Origin: the human T2T-CHM13v2.0 reference genome, Homo sapiens
Length of the DNA stretch: 64,000 nucleotides
NCBI RefSeq assembly: GCF_009914755.1
Contig: NC_060940.1
Direction: 5' to 3' (one strand)
Below the pieces are notes generated by a model, which worked only from the letters and a program-made list of their open reading frames with translations, was not told where the DNA came from and searched no databases. Positions 58,781 through 64,000 of this stretch are shown in pieces. Within the stretch, counting starts at the first letter, position 1. Each line of letters starts with the position of its first letter. A program made the translations under genes and the position numbers.

Positions 58781-59496
58781 TAAACAAAAACAACACAGCC
58801 ATCTAGCTGCAAGACGTAGCTAATTGCTCTGCAGAACAGGGTTGGCCAGCCTGGCCTTGATGTCGGAGTGTTCTCTAGACCTCACACCCAGTCCCTATTC
58901 TTAGGTTTTATTTCTCAAACCAGGTTTTGCCTGAGAAATTACAGCAAATGATTCAGAGCACAATGATGTTGCTCATTTTTGATAAGTAGTTGAAAGCTGA
59001 TGGTGCCCTCCATTTCAAAGCAACAGAAGAAACGCTGGTGGTCATGGAGAAAGAGTTGGGAAGCAGAGCGTGAATGCCGGGATCTGCAGATCTGAGCACT
59101 ATGCCTGCAGCCGATGTCTCTCCACAGGGCTGATCTGGTGGCTGGGGTGCCCCTGGTCAGAAGGGGTGATTACTGTTTCCTCTCTCTCCTTGGTCTCTGT
59201 CAAACCTACCAACTCTTTTCAGGAATGCAGATATTTAATTATCTTCTGCTGTTACATCTGCATCATGTATTGGCTGGCTGTTCAAAAGTATCCTCTCTAG
59301 GCAAATAACGAGATTTCGCCAGCAGGATCTCCCGTTAAAGGCGTGCATGTGTGGCTTTGTAGACACGTATGTGTGTGTGCGTGCACACCTGCCTGCCCTT
59401 GCACAGTGGGCACTGTTTCCAGTGTGCAGTGAGGCCCTCCCTTCGTGTAGAACAGGACAGGACAATGACAAAGTTATTCAATTAATAATTGAAGCT

Positions 59497-59812
59497 TGCC
59501 GGGCATGGTGGTTCACGCCTGTAATCCCAGCCCTTTGGGAGGCCAAGGCAGGCAGATCACCTGAGGTCAGAAATTCAAGACCAGCCTGGCCAACATGGCA
59601 AAACCCTGTCTCTACTAAAAAATACAGAAGTTAGCCGAGCGTGATGGCCAGCACCTGTAGTCCTAGCTACTTAGGTAGCTGAGGCAGGAACTCGCTTGAA
59701 CCCGGGAGGCGGAGGCTGCAGTGAGCTGAGTTTGCACCACTGCATTCCAGCATTGGTGACAGAGCGAGACTCAGTCTCAAAAAAAAAAAAAATAATATAA
59801 TAATAATAATAA
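59497..59812 (+). mobile_element. AluS with A/(TAA)n tail
   Basis: Full dimer. Confidence 0.94.
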
Positions 59813-60156
59813 TCGCACCTCAATACTCCGTAGCCATTTTACCGCATGTGACTATTAGCTGTGCTTTTGCGGTTATCTACGTCTGTTGTGTCTATACGGT
59901 GGAGTATTTGCAGACGCTCTGCCAGTGTGCAATGCTTCCCAGCCCTGCATTCAGGGATACCAACTTGGGTGCTGAAAAGCAGCGATGGCAGGACTATTTA
60001 CACCACGGAAACAGGCAAAAACTACTGATCAAGCCTTCATTGTTTTGTTTATATTGTCTTGACTTAGAAAGTGATTGCAATGTTAATAATGCAGATTAAA
60101 TTGAAGCGTACAGTGCCTATAAACCATTACATTATGAATAGTATAAAAAATTGAGG

Positions 60157-60406
60157 AAGCCGTGTGGCTCACAAATTCAGCACTTTGGGAGGCCGAGGCA
60201 GGAGGATCACTTGAGCCTGGGAGTTGGAAACCAGCCCAGGCAACATAGTGAGACCTCATCTCTTTAAAAAAAAAAAAAAAAAAAAAAGAAAAATTAGCTG
60301 GCATGGTGGCACATGCCTGTAGTCCCAGCTTCTGGGGATGCTGCAGCGAGCCATGATTGTGCCACTGCTCTCTGGCCTGGGCAACAAAGAGAGATCCTGT
60401 CTCCAA

Positions 60407-60442
<36 letters not shown>
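60157..60442 (+). mobile_element. AluJ with expanded linker, right-arm deletion and (TCTG)n tail
   Basis: J-type left arm; Alu body ends at about 60405. Confidence 0.88.
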
Positions 60443-60443
<1 letters not shown>

Positions 60444-60554
60444 GGAAATATTCCTTCAGTGTATTAGTAAAGAAGTTACTTATGAGTCACTTATGCCCTT
60501 GAAGAGTGAGTGATGTATCAAAATATGTCTGTCTTTATTGTTTCACTTTCATCC

Positions 60555-60849
60555 TTCTTTTTTTGGAGATGGAGTCTTGCTCTGTTGACCATGCTAGAGG
60601 TGGCGCGATCTCCACTCACCGCAAGCTCCGCCTCCTGAGTTCAACTGATTCTCCTGCCTCCGCTTCCCAAGTACCTGGGATTATAGACACCCACCACCAT
60701 GCACAGCTAATTTTTGTATTTTTAGTAGAGATGGAGTTTCACCCTTTTGATTGGTTGGCCAGTATGGTCTCAAACTCCTGACCTCAAGTGATCCACCTGC
60801 CTCACCTCCCAAAGTGCTGGGATTACAGTCGTGAGCCACCGTGCCGGCC
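60555..60849 (-). mobile_element. AluS
   Basis: TSD cactttcatc on both sides. Confidence 0.93.
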
Positions 60850-63800
60850 ACTTTCATCTTTCTGATTAACTGAAAAGTATCAAGCAATACTTACATGTAA
60901 CTGCACTTTCTCATCAACTGCAACCATAATTTAGCTATGGATACAAGAGTTGGGCACAAATCCATGAAAGCATTGAGTGAGAATCAATTGGCTCTGTGGG
61001 ATTTACAATAAAGAATGTTGTTTATTTTTATTTGTAAATTGTGTGCTACAGATCCTTCGTATCAGTAAAATGTATGATAAACATATGTGTGTATATTCAC
61101 ACACACCCTTTCATTTTGGCAGGAGTGTTTGTTAAACATTTACCACAGCAGTGGATTCACTTCCATCAGCTGCTAACTTTCAAGGATGTTTGAGGATGCA
61201 TGACCTGTGCAATGCACCTGCTTCGGTGCCTGGCACAGAGTCGCAAAGCCACAAAGATGGTGCTTGTTGGTTGTATGTGTTGTTTCCATCTGATATCACC
61301 ATTGAGGGGAGCAAGATGACATGTGCCTACCCCACGTGTCCAGCAGCAAAGCCACCTGGCATAGTGGGCTGCTCAGCGTGCCTGGTTCATACTGCGTGTT
61401 TATAGTCCCAGGGTGTTTTCAGAGAGCAAAAGTCCTTTATGATTAGCAAATTGCAGGTCCTCCCCTTTCTGATATTTACAGCCCTTGCAACCGCCTGTAC
61501 AAAAATCGGGAAAAGGCAGAAGACGGCTGTCATTAATGTAAAAGCAGCTGGTTACCTCCCCCTCCCCAGCGCACACATCACCTCCTAGTACAATTAGTCA
61601 CCATGTCTTTTCCCTTCCGTCAAGCCTTTTAGCGGAGTTCACAGGGATGCCTTCGGTCCAGACACTATGACCGTTGACGAAGGATTTGAAATATTTTGAG
61701 AACTCTGAAATAATGCACACCAGAAACGTCCAGCTGAAAACAAAAAGGGAACAAGATGACATTTTGCAATCCCATGCACGTTGCAGGCACGTTGAATGTG
61801 AAGGTCAGTAGTACTTCAGAGGGCAGGCCTGTTGCCCCCAAGCCTGTTGCCTAAGAAATGCCCAGGCCCTTTGAACAAAATGGATTCGAGTGATTACAGC
61901 ACGTCCTCACTTACATCTCCCAATATATTTCTTGTTATTCTCGTTGAGTACTGCATTCAGACAGAGGTTGCCAATAAAGTTTATTGTAGGAGCTAAGTGT
62001 CAATATCTGTAGTACCCCCCGCCTAGGGTGCTGCTAATAAAATGCCACAGATAGTCTGGGAGAGGCATGAAAATTTGATGGCAAATTGATTTCAGGTTCA
62101 TCTTGAAATTTGTCCTCAGCTGGACTCGATACTTCTGGCAGACATGGGATGGCTTTTGTCAGAAGGGTCTGCTGGAATGAGACAGAGATGTCTTGATCTG
62201 AATATTAAATACAACATGCTGTTTATGACATTATCCGTTTACTGCTAAAATACCCAGCTACTTCTGTTTACACATTCTTCTGCGTTGAATGGGTAAGATA
62301 GCATCTCATAGATCCACTTTACATATGAAAAGAAGTTGTATCAAACTTGCTGGGCATCAGAAATAAAGGGTTTTAGAGACACTGGCTTCAAACACAAGTT
62401 ATTCCATCCAAGATTCTAAACTTAGCAATGCAACTTGCACTTAATTTTAAAACGCTGGAAAAATAATGATAAAGATTGTGTGATCAAGTATAGCAGCCCT
62501 GTGGTGTTTCCTCAGAATGGTGTATTACAGAAAAGGAAAAAGCCATATACATGGAGAAAAAACTCCCGATATTTAATATTATCAATTGCTGGTTCCTGTA
62601 AATTTGCATTTATGGATCACATTATAAAAGCAATTACTCTTATGGATTGTTCATGCAGAAATGCACTATGATGATAATATACTTTTAAAAGTATATTTAT
62701 TTCCAGAATTCAATTTGTAAGAGGTTTGAGGGAAAAATAATACTGAGTTTTGAGTGTTTCTGATTTTAAAAATGTGTTGAGTAGAATTAAACGTGTTCAC
62801 CAAAACCCATTTTATCCCTTTAAATTATTGGGCAATTAATTGTATTTACTTAGCATTGAATGCATGATTAGAAATGGAATTTTTAAAAAAGCAATACTCA
62901 AGTGGAGTGAGTTCATTTGTTCATTCAGCAAATAGGACTTGAGTCCCCTACTATGTGCGGAGCCTTAAAGGATGAGAAAGATTTCTGGGTGGGACTTCAA
63001 TGAGACTCATTTCGCAGGTTTTCATGTTATTATGTATATGTGGTAAATAATTAATTTTTTCACAAGTACTTGCACTAGTGATGCTAAAATAAGCTTGACT
63101 GGCTTGTAAATCAATGAAGGTTACTGTTGCATTGCTTTGAAATTGAATTTAAAAACAGAAACAGAGCAGTCCCTTTGCTTCCGAATGCAGCCCTCCCATT
63201 GGAATCACTTTGGAAGAATCTGGATCTGCGTGTTACCCAGTCTTACTTTTCAGGCAGTCCCAGGCAGGAAGGCCCATTAGTGAAAAGAGCCCTGCATATG
63301 CTGTGGGTCATCACAGCTGCTGCTTTGCACATTTAGGAGATATTTGTGGACCTTTCATTAGGACAATTTTTATGGCCCGAGATTAAAAGTTAAAGTTAAG
63401 TAGTAAACGTAATGAACATGTGCCTTTGGAGATTCCAACTGGTTTGTATTTTCATTCTCTCCGTTGGTCATGGCCCATTGAATTTTGATGATAGCATTAA
63501 AACAAATGCCTCAAATCATTTTTGGAAGGAGACAGGATATGAATTGACAAATTAATAAAATAAATTATACTTCAAAGATGCTAAATTATCTCTTCTATGT
63601 AAGTAGGAGGCTCTCTTTTCAGATGTGGAATTTGTAGGAGCTTGAATATTCTCAAGAGAGGGTATGGGCAACATTTGATAAAAGATGTAATTATTGGGTC
63701 GTAGGAAATAATGATTGAGATAGGGTATCCACTGCCCTGGTGGGGGAATCAGTGAGGCTAGGAATCACTGGAAAATGACATTCCTTGAGACTCCTTCAAT

Positions 63801-64000
63801 GGGTAGAGTTTGCTTTAGCTTTTCAAGTATCTTACTGTATGATGGTTGCTTTTGGGTTGAATTCCACCTTGGGTTCAATTCAACATGAAAGTTAACCTTT
63901 TGGTGAAGGAATGATCCAGGGGAAATAGTAAAATATTAGCCTGTCCTCCAATACAAATTGCCTGTGAGTCCCACTGATACTTACAAATATACAGAGGTGG

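Noticed and set aside
63856-63884. Hairpin gttgaatt...aattcaac
   Set aside because: An 8-bp AT-rich stem is expected by chance in 64 kb and is too short for a pre-miRNA.

Overview
This is primate (human-like, catarrhine) nuclear non-coding DNA, not prokaryotic sequence. It holds about 30 Alu copies (J, S and Y types plus monomers), L1 fragments, MaLR LTRs (THE1, MST, MLT1), hAT DNA-transposon fossils (MER3, MER20, MER30, MER58, MER63, MER5), MIR/L2 remnants and microsatellites. Between these lie multi-kb repeat-poor unique blocks rich in developmental transcription-factor motifs. I recognise no protein-coding exon and no RNA gene; the ORF track is explained by repeats and chance. Alus run 21 minus to 9 plus and both clear LTRs are minus, which suggests a long intron of a gene transcribed on the + strand; I cannot name the gene. 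I found no convincing new multi-gene system. The best leads are: (1) a 40-bp sequence apparently copied from 43350 into an MST LTR at 44556; (2) candidate microexon or recursive splice sites at 23991-24001 and 898-901; (3) a twin-primed, 5'-inverted L1PA with a large junction deletion; (4) a CpG-retaining promoter-like block near 56.2-56.9 kb; (5) several enhancer-like blocks and CTCF motifs. Repeat family names come from recalled consensus sequences, and boundaries are approximate unless target-site duplications (TSDs) are quoted.
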